Source: Actinomycetes bacterium (GTDB taxonomy: Bacteria > Actinomycetota > Acidimicrobiia > Acidimicrobiales > RAAP-2). From it: 39,116 bases of DNA. Each line of letters opens with the position of its first letter. Position 1 is the stretch's first letter. The stretch lies in assembly GCA_021826255.1 (NCBI GenBank), contig JAKBAZ010000001.1, forward strand, positions 1-39,116, written 5' to 3'. Positions 1 through 7,998 of the stretch are shown here, in pieces. A program made the position numbers and the translations under genes. The notes under the pieces are model-generated. The model saw nothing but the letters and a program-made list of their open reading frames with translations, made no database searches and was not told where the DNA came from.

Positions 1-385
1 GATCTAGAATGACTTCGACGCCGAGTTCTCTCAACCAGTCGTGACCGCCCGTGAAGGTGCGTGACTCGCCGATCACGACGGCCCCGATCTGGAATTGACG
101 GATGAGACCCGAGCAGTACCAACACGGCGAGAGCGTGGTCACCATGACGGTGTCGCGGTAGTGGCGGCGCCGACCCGCTCGGCGAAAGGCGTCCGTTTCG
201 GCGTGAATCGAGGCGTCGTCGTCCTGCACTCGCCGGTTGTGGCCGCTGCCGAGAAGGTGACCATCGCGAGAAAAGAGGGCCGCGCCGATGGGAATGCCCC
301 CTTCCTTTAAGCCGCTGCGGGCTTCGTCGAGTGCGACACTCAGCATCTGTCGAATGAGATCCGGAGCAAGGGGTTCTGACGCCAT
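1..385 (-). CDS. Zn-dependent cytosine/nucleoside deaminase (CDA fold, FCY1-like), 3' end runs off the window
   Basis: Not in the ORF track because it has no stop in the window. Manual translation from ATG 385: MASEPLAPDLIRQMLSVALDEARSGLKEGGIPIGAALF...GHNRRVQDDDASIHAETDAFRRAGR...TTLSPCWYCSGLIRQF..., containing the HAE and PCxxC zinc motifs. Confidence 0.9.
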   Translation of the reverse strand, partial: MASEPLAPDLIRQMLSVALDEARSGLKEGGIPIGAALFSRDGHLLGSGHNRRVQDDDASIHAETDAFRRAGRRRHYRDTVMVTTLSPCWYCSGLIRQFQIGAVVIGESRTFTGGHDWLRELGVEVILD

Positions 386-407
386 CTCCTCAGTATTATC
401 CAGCGGG

Positions 408-1013
408 GTGAACACGAATATCTACTCCGTCGAGATTGGTTCCCAGCGACTTGAACTCCCCCTCGTCCCCCTCAGCGATCAACTGACCCTGGCTCTCTTG
501 ATCACCGTGGACCAAGGAGTGTCGGTGTTGGAGCGAGCCGGACGTGATCTCGCCGCTCTTCTCGAACCGCTCAACGTTGAGGTGGTGGCGACCGTCGCGA
601 CCATGGGTATCCCGGTCGCTATCGAGGTCACTCGGGCCTTGGGACTGGATCAGTACGTGGTGCTTCACAAGACCCCGAAGATTCACCTGAGTGACGCCGA
701 GTTCGAGCCGGTGCGGTCCATCACCACGGCGGTGGAGCAGCGGTTGCTGTTTGATCGAGCCCGAATTGCTGCGGTCGAGGGACGCCGAGTCGCCATCGTG
801 GACGACGTGGTCTCGACCGGAGCGTCCACGGGCGCGGCTCTGCGGCTTCTTCGACGGCTCGGGGCGAACGTTGTCGCCGTGGGCACTCTCGTGACGGAGG
901 CGAACTTGTGGCGAGAGTCACTGGGTGAGGACGCGGCCCTCGTGCACGCCCTCGGAGCCATTCCCGTCTTTCACCCTCACGGTGACGAGTGGGTCGAGGA
1001 CTGGGAGGGGTAG
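408..1013 (+). CDS. Type I phosphoribosyltransferase (adenine/xanthine PRTase-like)
   Basis: PRPP-binding motif VAIVDDVVSTGAS. Start moved from 288 to GTG 408 because the upstream part overlaps the deaminase and TATTAT lies 8 nt before this GTG. Confidence 0.85.
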   Translation: MNTNIYSVEIGSQRLELPLVPLSDQLTLALLITVDQGVSVLERAGRDLAALLEPLNVEVVATVATMGIPVAIEVTRALGLDQYVVLHKTPKIHLSDAEFEPVRSITTAVEQRLLFDRARIAAVEGRRVAIVDDVVSTGASTGAALRLLRRLGANVVAVGTLVTEANLWRESLGEDAALVHALGAIPVFHPHGDEWVEDWEG

Positions 1014-1038
1014 CCTCCCAGTCCTCGCGCAATCTCCC

Positions 1039-2565
1039 TTACGCCTCGCTGACCCGAGTTTTGCGGGTGTAACCGGTGAGTCGGTCGAGGACGACGTAGA
1101 CGAGTGCGGCCGAGATAATTCCGAAGAAGACGGACATGTCGGCCCCCCCGAACCATCCCGCCGGGCCGCAGTTCGCCGCCGCGGTGCCGTTGCAGTAGAA
1201 GGCGCCGAAGTGGTTGGAGAAGGGCGTCATCCAGTGGAGGGGAAAGTTCACGGGTGGCGGGGCCTTGGAGAACGCGCTGGTGGCGAGAACGAGACCCACC
1301 GCGAAGGCGATCAGCGCGTTCCAGTTCACGCCGGCTGAGCCCCAGTACCGATTTCCCGGCTCGGTGCTCTGGAGGGCCTCGGCGTCGTAGCGCCGGCCCC
1401 GAAGCAGCCAGTCGACGACGAAGATGGCGAACCAGGGGGCGATCCACACGATGATGACCCCGACGAAGTCCTTCATGTAGAGCGAGAAGGTGGAGCCGAA
1501 CTCGGCCCAAATCGTCAGCGCGCACGCGATAACAGAGTCGAGGACCACCGCCTGATAGCGCTTGAGCTTCAAACCGAGTGCCTGCACCGAGACACCCGAC
1601 GAGTAGAGATCGAGGGAGTTGATGCCAAAGAGTTGCACGATGGCGAAGAGGAGAAAGACAACAACGAACCAGCTCGGGAGCCCCTTTTGGTGGTAGAGGG
1701 CCACGAAGGGATTGGCGCTGTTCCAGACTTGAGACGTGGAGAGGTAGGAGTAGGCCAGCGCGCCGAGAATCATCATGATGATCTCCGGAAGAGCGGTGGC
1801 GAGAAAGATCCACCCGACGACCGCGGAACGCTTGGAGTCGCGGGGCAGGTAGCGGGTGTAGTCGTTACCGCACTCGGTCCAGCCCAGACCCGACAACGCG
1901 ATGGTGAAGGCCAGTCCCGCGCTGTAGGGCTCCCAACCGTGAGCGAACACGACAACGGATCCGGGGTGAGCGTGTCCCACCTCGAAAATGGCGAAGACGG
2001 CGAAGATGATGGCGAAGGGGATAATCAGTGCTCGTAGAACTCTCACCATCGTGGCGTGCCCCAGGTAGGGCATGACGGCTTGGGTGGCGGCGGCGAGAAT
2101 GATGACCACGACTTTGGTGGGGCTATTGATGGTCACGCCCGCGTACTGGGCGAGTACGAGGACGGCCCCCACGATGAGGATGAGTCCTTCCGTCTCGAAG
2201 CCCAGCTGGGTGATCCAGTTAAAGAGAGACACCAATTTGGAGCCCCGGGTCCCGAACGCCGCGCGTGAGGTGGTGAACGCCGTAGTTCCCGACTCTTGCC
2301 CTTGGAGTGAGGCCACTCCGAGCAACAGATAGGAGAGGTTGCCGATGACGATGATGGATACGGCGGTCCAGAAACTGAATCCGAACCCCATGAGGAGAGC
2401 CCCGTAAATGAAGTACTCCATATTGATGGCGCTTCCCGCCCACATCGCTCCGATGTTGCGTGGGGTCGCCCACCTCTCAGCCGTGGGAATGAAGTCGATA
2501 CCGTGGGTTTCGACTTTGAACGCTTGATCCCCGGCGGAACCGTCGTGAATTGAACTAACTGACAC
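1039..2565 (-). CDS. Purine-cytosine permease (NCS1 family)
   Basis: N-terminal VETHGIDFIPTAER motif, about 12 hydrophobic segments, DYTRYLP motif, GGAGG-type RBS upstream. Confidence 0.9.
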   Translation of the reverse strand: MSVSSIHDGSAGDQAFKVETHGIDFIPTAERWATPRNIGAMWAGSAINMEYFIYGALLMGFGFSFWTAVSIIVIGNLSYLLLGVASLQGQESGTTAFTTSRAAFGTRGSKLVSLFNWITQLGFETEGLILIVGAVLVLAQYAGVTINSPTKVVVIILAAATQAVMPYLGHATMVRVLRALIIPFAIIFAVFAIFEVGHAHPGSVVVFAHGWEPYSAGLAFTIALSGLGWTECGNDYTRYLPRDSKRSAVVGWIFLATALPEIIMMILGALAYSYLSTSQVWNSANPFVALYHQKGLPSWFVVVFLLFAIVQLFGINSLDLYSSGVSVQALGLKLKRYQAVVLDSVIACALTIWAEFGSTFSLYMKDFVGVIIVWIAPWFAIFVVDWLLRGRRYDAEALQSTEPGNRYWGSAGVNWNALIAFAVGLVLATSAFSKAPPPVNFPLHWMTPFSNHFGAFYCNGTAAANCGPAGWFGGADMSVFFGIISAALVYVVLDRLTGYTRKTRVSEA

Positions 2566-2651
2566 TGATCCTCTTCCTCCCTAATAGATGACAATCATCT
2601 GAACGACTCTGTGAGGGGTTAGCCGTACCCCACCATTGTGGAGCACCGGGG

Positions 2652-2668
2652 CTTAGGAGTTTCTTAGG
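2652..2668. promoter_or_regulatory. Direct repeat CTTAGG-N5-CTTAGG (11-bp period), candidate OmpR/PhoB-family binding box
   Basis: Seen directly in the intergenic region between the permease and the small secreted protein. A second imperfect 11-bp-period pair (TCCCTAG/TCTTCAG) lies at 2713-2730. Confidence 0.35.
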
Positions 2669-2768
2669 TCGGGCGAAAATCTTGGACTTTTTGTTACCAG
2701 CGCTTTAAATCTTCCCTAGTGCTTCTTCAGGTGGCCCTGTGACACTGGACGTCGTTGAAGGAGGACGT

Positions 2769-3029
2769 ATGTATCGCCCGGTGAAGAAGAAGGTGCAGGC
2801 TTGGACGAACGCGGGTGCAGCCGCAGTAGCGTTGCTGGCGGCCGTCGGCGTGGGTCACCTCGCGCTTCAGAGGTCATCGACCCACTCGGCGAGTGCCCTG
2901 AAGTCGGCGACCTCCACGACGTCGTCGGCTACGCGTTCCACCAGCACCAGTTCCGCGTCAGCCACGGCCAGCTTTCACGTGGTGGGTACATCCCATCACG
3001 ACGACGGCTCATCCTCGGAAGGCGAATAG
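2769..3029 (+). CDS. Small (86 aa) membrane-anchored or secreted Ser/Thr-rich hypothetical protein
   Basis: Strong RBS GAAGGAGG before ATG 2769; basic N-terminus, hydrophobic helix, S/T linker and HHDDGSSSEGE tail. Confidence 0.7.
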   Translation: MYRPVKKKVQAWTNAGAAAVALLAAVGVGHLALQRSSTHSASALKSATSTTSSATRSTSTSSASATASFHVVGTSHHDDGSSSEGE

Positions 3030-3033
3030 CCCG

Positions 3034-4194
3034 TTACAACTGAGCGTGAGTAATCCGACCCCGAGTGTCGCGCCACCACCACAGCGTCGTTGACGACAGC
3101 AGTGCCGACACCACGGCCACGACGCTGAAGGGCAGGGCGGGGGAGCGGGTGAAGAGGAAGCCGGACACCATGGCCGCGAGGGCCAGCGCCGAGGTCTGGG
3201 CGGTGGCGAACAGGCCCTGGCGTCGACCCATCTCGTCGGGGTGGGCGCCTTGGGTCAGCAGCGAGGAGATGGCCGGAACACTGGCGGCGGCCCCAATGGA
3301 CTCGAGCGATCCCACGAACAACATGACGACGTTGTTGTGAATATGGGGGTAAATGGAGAGAAACAGGGCTCCGTTCCAGAGCCCCGCGAGGGCGATGATT
3401 CGACGGTTACCGTGATCGGCGAGCCACCCGCCAACTCGACTAAGGGCGAGCCAGGGGATCGAGAAAAGGGTCCAGCTCAGTCGGATCTCGAGAGTGGTCG
3501 CGTGGTGGGAGTTCATCAGGAGTGTCCAACAGGCTTCGTACACTCCGATGGTGAGTCCGGTGGCCGCTCCCGCGACGAGAGACCCCACGAGTCGAGGAGA
3601 CCACGACACACCGACGAGTTCACCGCTTGCAGAGTCTCGATCGCCAAGGGGGAGTTCCGACGCGACGACGGCCGCCACCAGGCTCGCCACCCCGGTCGCG
3701 ACGAACACCCAGCCCAGATTCTTGACCGAGGTAATGGCGCCGGCGAGTGGCCCCACGGCGACACCCAAGAGCTGAGCGGAAAGTATTCGGGCGACGGCCC
3801 GACCCCTCTCGTGTTCGGGGTAGAGCGACGACACGGCCGACAGTGCGGTGACCTCGAGCGCCCCGGCCGCGGCACCCTGAATGAGGCGAGATCCCGCGAA
3901 CCACAGCGCGGAGAGTGGCAGGGCGAACGTCATCGACGCCAGTCCGTAGGCGATGAGGGCACTCACCATGATGGGGCGCCGACCCCAGCGGTCGCTCGCG
4001 TGTCCGAGAACGTACTGGGTCAAGACACCCGCCACGAAAAACGCGGCCATGATGAGACCAATGACGTGTGGTGTGCCTCCACGGTGCTCTAGGAAGAGGG
4101 GGAGAAGGGGGAGTCCGAGCGTGGCCCCAATCCACTGGAGGGCCACGATGACCGTGAGACGACGAAGCGTCTGGGGAGGCGACGCTGCATCCAC
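3034..4194 (-). CDS. MFS transporter (DHA1/TetA-like)
   Basis: MFS motif A GHASDRWGRRP and GWLADHGNRR; 12-TM hydropathy pattern; TAGCCT 6 nt before GTG. Confidence 0.9.
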   Translation of the reverse strand: MDAASPPQTLRRLTVIVALQWIGATLGLPLLPLFLEHRGGTPHVIGLIMAAFFVAGVLTQYVLGHASDRWGRRPIMVSALIAYGLASMTFALPLSALWFAGSRLIQGAAAGALEVTALSAVSSLYPEHERGRAVARILSAQLLGVAVGPLAGAITSVKNLGWVFVATGVASLVAAVVASELPLGDRDSASGELVGVSWSPRLVGSLVAGAATGLTIGVYEACWTLLMNSHHATTLEIRLSWTLFSIPWLALSRVGGWLADHGNRRIIALAGLWNGALFLSIYPHIHNNVVMLFVGSLESIGAAASVPAISSLLTQGAHPDEMGRRQGLFATAQTSALALAAMVSGFLFTRSPALPFSVVAVVSALLSSTTLWWWRDTRGRITHAQL

Positions 4195-4212
4195 CCTCCA
4201 AGGCTACCGGTC

Positions 4213-4773
4213 TTATAAGACCCCGGTTTCGAGAAGGATGATGACGCCGAGGCTCGCGTAAATGGCGGGAAGCACCCACTGGCCGGCCCGTTCACCGAAC
4301 CCCACGAGTCGGGGGTGCTGGGCGGTCAATCGAGCGAGTGAAACGAAGCCCAGTTGACCCACCGCGAAGACGACGAGAACGACGAGCGCGTGGGCGATTC
4401 CACCGGCGCGTAGCAGGGGGGTCCAGACCGCGATGTTGTCCCCACCCAACGCTACGGTGGCGGTAAAGGTCGCGATGACGCCTCGACGAGTGGAGGTACG
4501 AGGGTCGTGCCGGTGGCGGGCGGAGTGAAGGGCGAGGGCCCAGGGGGCGAGTGCGCAGAGTCCAAACACACTCAACGGCACGAGCCGTAGCAGGTTGCCC
4601 AGTCCAAGGGCCACGATCACGAGAGTTCCCACACCCACGCTCTGCGCCGCACTTACGGCCCCGCGGTGATCCGCGGGAGTCAAGGTCAATTGAGCGACGA
4701 AGGCGAAGAAGTTGTCCACCATGGTGCCCGCGTACGACGCAACGCTGAGGGCGGCCACCGTGAGCAGAGTCAC
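4213..4773 (-). CDS. CadD-family (LysE superfamily) cadmium resistance transporter-like protein
   Basis: Two repeat motifs, YAGTMVDN and TVALGGDNIAVWTP, typical of CadD. Start moved to GTG 4773 (TACGCT 6 nt upstream), since the longer ORF overlaps the dehydratase. Confidence 0.7.
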   Translation of the reverse strand: MTLLTVAALSVASYAGTMVDNFFAFVAQLTLTPADHRGAVSAAQSVGVGTLVIVALGLGNLLRLVPLSVFGLCALAPWALALHSARHRHDPRTSTRRGVIATFTATVALGGDNIAVWTPLLRAGGIAHALVVLVVFAVGQLGFVSLARLTAQHPRLVGFGERAGQWVLPAIYASLGVIILLETGVL

Positions 4774-4825
4774 CACCGAAGCGTAACGAAACTCGGAGAT
4801 TCTGAGCGCGGGTAGTGTGGACGAG

Positions 4826-5800
4826 ATGCGTCCCGACGTCACCGTTCCCTCGGAGGAGCAACTCGACGAGGCTCGGCGCGTCGTTTCTCGGTACCTTGAA
4901 CCCACTCCCTCGGTGAGCCTGAGAGCCCGGGGCCGCTCGGTCATCGCGAAGCTCGAGAGCATGCAGATCACCGGTTCATTCAAGGTCCGTGGAGGCCTGG
5001 CGGCGGTCTCGGCCGCTCATCGCGAAGATCCGTCGGGGGCGGTTATTACGTCGTCAGCGGGTAATCACGGACTCGGGGTCGCCCACGCTTCCACCCTTCT
5101 GTCGGTGCCCGCGACGGTCGTGGTCCCGGCGAACGCGTCGGCGGCGAAGGTCGCCAAACTTCGTCGATACGACGTTGAACTCATTCAGTACGGGAACTCC
5201 TACGACGAGGCCCAGGCTCACGCAGTGGAACTCGCCGATCAACGAAGTATTCAGTACATCTCTCCGTTCAATCACACCCACGTGATTGCCGGGCAGTTCA
5301 CCGTCTTCGACGAACTGTTCGCCCAAGTCCCCCACCTCGACCATCTGGTCGTCCCCGTCGGGGGTGGCGGGCTGATGAGTGGAGCCCTCGTTGCGCGACG
5401 GGTGCTCGGTAGAGAGTCACTGCGTATTACCGGAGTTCAACCCACCAACTCAGCCGCGATGTACCACGTGCTGCACGGCACTCCGATGAATCAAGTTCAC
5501 CATCGTCCCACCATCGCGGATGGCTTGGCGGGCGGTGGAGACGAAGGAGCGTTAACCAACGCCCTCATTGAGGAAGAGAAGATTCCTCTCGTGTTGGTCG
5601 ACGAACATCTGATTCGACAGGGGGTTCGCGAGGCGCTGGAAGTGAACGGCCTCGTGTTTGAAGGGTCTGCCGCCACCCCCTACGCCGCCATCGTCCGGAA
5701 TTTGGTGGACGACGACGCGTCGACAATCGGGTTCATCGCCTCGGGGAGAAACATTGCGTTTGACCTCCTCGTTGAGTTGCTCGGGGAACCTCTCGACTAA
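4826..5800 (+). CDS. PLP-dependent threonine/serine dehydratase (short form, no regulatory domain)
   Basis: KLESMQITGSFKVRG (PLP lysine), SSAGNHG, PVGGGGL and SGRN motifs; TAGTGT 7 nt before ATG 4826. Confidence 0.9.
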   Translation: MRPDVTVPSEEQLDEARRVVSRYLEPTPSVSLRARGRSVIAKLESMQITGSFKVRGGLAAVSAAHREDPSGAVITSSAGNHGLGVAHASTLLSVPATVVVPANASAAKVAKLRRYDVELIQYGNSYDEAQAHAVELADQRSIQYISPFNHTHVIAGQFTVFDELFAQVPHLDHLVVPVGGGGLMSGALVARRVLGRESLRITGVQPTNSAAMYHVLHGTPMNQVHHRPTIADGLAGGGDEGALTNALIEEEKIPLVLVDEHLIRQGVREALEVNGLVFEGSAATPYAAIVRNLVDDDASTIGFIASGRNIAFDLLVELLGEPLD

Positions 5801-5870
5801 GCCCGAGATTCTTAGACGCGCCTCACGCTCGCGTGCCACGCGTCCTGGAACCCGCCGTTAGGGTGACGAT

Positions 5871-6620
5871 ATGTCATTACGCCCCCTCCACGCTGGTGCC
5901 TCTCTCCTCATCGCTCTCTCGTCGCTCGGCCTTCCGGCTCTGGCGGGAGCCAAGACGGTGACCGACCCCCTCGCCCTTCACGGGCGCGCCGTGTCCACCG
6001 TCGACTTTTCCTTGAGTGTTGGCTACGGGGGGTTGAAGGTGGTCAATGGAGTGGTGAAGTTGAACGTGGCCCATCCGTCACTCACCTCGCAGTTGTCCAT
6101 CCCGCTTCTCGCCTCAGCCACCGCCCTCAACGTCGAAGTGGTGAACAACACGCTCTACTACTCATCGCCCAACCTCGGGAATCGAACTTGGTACCGCTCA
6201 CCACAGAAACTCGGTTCACTGTCCCTACTCGGGTCACTCCTGGCTCGCCCGAAGACTGGGGCGCTGGTACTGGCGGGCGCCAAGGTGTCCCACCACGGAA
6301 CCTTCTCCACCTACTCGGCCACCGTGAATCCGGCCGTGGCGTCCCTCCTCGTGGGTACGACTCTCCCGATCAAGGGCGTGAAGAGTGTGAAGATCAGTGA
6401 GACGGTGGGAGCGGCGGGTGAGCTCACCGCTCTCTCGCTGGGACTGACTACGACGTCGGGGTCCGTAACCAGCGTGTCGGCACAAGTCATCTCCTACAAC
6501 AAGCCCCTGAACGTCGTTGCCCCCAAGCACTCCTCGCCCGGCCAGGGCTTGGGATCCCTGACGGGCTCTCTCGGTGGGCTGGGTGGCCTGACGGGAACGA
6601 CGACCACGACCCGGGGTTAA
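5871..6620 (+). CDS. Hypothetical secreted beta-strand-rich protein
   Basis: Sec signal peptide ending in ALA; alternating hydrophobic beta-strand pattern; TAGGGT 6 nt before ATG. Confidence 0.75.
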   Translation: MSLRPLHAGASLLIALSSLGLPALAGAKTVTDPLALHGRAVSTVDFSLSVGYGGLKVVNGVVKLNVAHPSLTSQLSIPLLASATALNVEVVNNTLYYSSPNLGNRTWYRSPQKLGSLSLLGSLLARPKTGALVLAGAKVSHHGTFSTYSATVNPAVASLLVGTTLPIKGVKSVKISETVGAAGELTALSLGLTTTSGSVTSVSAQVISYNKPLNVVAPKHSSPGQGLGSLTGSLGGLGGLTGTTTTTRG

Positions 6621-6621
6621 G

Positions 6622-7998
6622 TCACCAGAGTCGTTCGAGCCAGCGGGCCGCCCTCGACGGGCGCTGGCGCGATTCGTCGAGGTCGGCTCTTTCGGCGAGG
6701 CGAAGGCCGGCGTTGATGCCGAGGTAGCGCAGGGGCTCAGGCTCCCAGCGCCGAGGCGGGCGAGTGAGGATGTCGTCCACGAGGTGGTCCTCGCTCTCGG
6801 AGGGCGAGAGAATCATCCGGGCGACCTGGCGACCCATCACGAAACTCATGGTCACACCGTCACCCGTGTACCCGCCTGCTCTGGCGACGCCGCGAACGAG
6901 GTCAACGTTCGCTCGAGGGTAGTGGTCTCGGGGCATGGCGAGCGGTCCGCCCCATTGGTGCGTGATGGCGGCATCGAACTCGGGAAACAACTCTCTGAGG
7001 GTGTCGGCGAGAGCGGAAAAGACGCGCGGGTCGTGATCGAATCGTGGGTCGACTCCCGAGCCCACGTGGTACGGGGCGCCCCGACCACCAAACGCGACAC
7101 GATTATCGGCTGTGCGCTGGCCATAAATAATCATGTGTCGTCCGTCGGCGAACGTCTCTCGTTGCTCGAATCCGTGTCGAGCCCACCAGGAGTCGTCGAG
7201 GGGTTCAGTCGCAATCATCAGCGAGTAGAGGGGAACGACACCGCGACGAGGTCCTAGCGCGGGGGTGTACGCCTCCGTGGCCTGTACGACGACGTCCGCT
7301 CGAACTCGTCCAGCGGTAGTGAGGACCTCGGCGCGTTTCGTGGGCGAGTGGTGGCGAAGTCGCGTCACCCGAGACCGTTCGGCGATGATGGCTCCGCGTT
7401 CCTCCACGCGCCGCGCGAGTCCGTGTACCAACTTGGCGGGGTGCACCCGAGCGCAGTGGGGGGAAAACAGTGCTCCCAACGCTCCCGACACCCGGGCCCT
7501 CGCCTCTAGGTCGGCCGCAGAGAGCCAGCGGACGTCGTTGTCGGAGAGCCCGAGGGCGTGGGCGTCTCGTATCTCTCCTTGCAGGCGTTGCACGTGCGCG
7601 GGAAGTCTCGCCACGCTCAACGTACCGCCTTGGGTAAAGTCCGCCGAGATGCCCTCCTCGATCAGTGTCCGGCCGAGATCACTGACGGCGTCGGCGAGAA
7701 ACCGCGCGAGATGGAGGGCGTGGTCGACGGAGTACTCCCGCGCCACGGCAGTGAGTGGCACGGGGAAGAGGGCCGACGCCCACCCCCCGTTTCGCCCCGA
7801 CGCCCCGAAGCCGACGTGTTCGGCCTCAAGGATGACGACGCGAAGTGAGGGATCTCGTCGCATTAACTCCCAGGCGCTCCAGAGCCCGGTGAAACCGGCT
7901 CCCACGACCACGACATCCGCGTCCACGTCTCCTTGAAGCGGAGGACGCGAGACGCGGACGTCGACGTCCTCCCACCACACCGGGTGGGAGGACGTCAT
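6622..7998 (-). CDS. FAD-dependent oxidoreductase (DAO family, PuuB/gamma-glutamylputrescine oxidase-like)
   Basis: VVVGAGFTGL dinucleotide motif, GFGASGRNGGW and GGYTGDGV; translationally coupled to the aminotransferase (TGATG). Confidence 0.85.
   Translation of the reverse strand: MTSSHPVWWEDVDVRVSRPPLQGDVDADVVVVGAGFTGLWSAWELMRRDPSLRVVILEAEHVGFGASGRNGGWASALFPVPLTAVAREYSVDHALHLARFLADAVSDLGRTLIEEGISADFTQGGTLSVARLPAHVQRLQGEIRDAHALGLSDNDVRWLSAADLEARARVSGALGALFSPHCARVHPAKLVHGLARRVEERGAIIAERSRVTRLRHHSPTKRAEVLTTAGRVRADVVVQATEAYTPALGPRRGVVPLYSLMIATEPLDDSWWARHGFEQRETFADGRHMIIYGQRTADNRVAFGGRGAPYHVGSGVDPRFDHDPRVFSALADTLRELFPEFDAAITHQWGGPLAMPRDHYPRANVDLVRGVARAGGYTGDGVTMSFVMGRQVARMILSPSESEDHLVDDILTRPPRRWEPEPLRYLGINAGLRLAERADLDESRQRPSRAARWLERLW

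Noticed and set aside
5815-5845. Interrupted hairpin GACGCG..CACGC-tc-GCGTG..CGCGTC after the dehydratase
   Set aside because: Bulged stem, 2-nt loop and no U-tract. Too weak to call as a terminator in GC-rich DNA.
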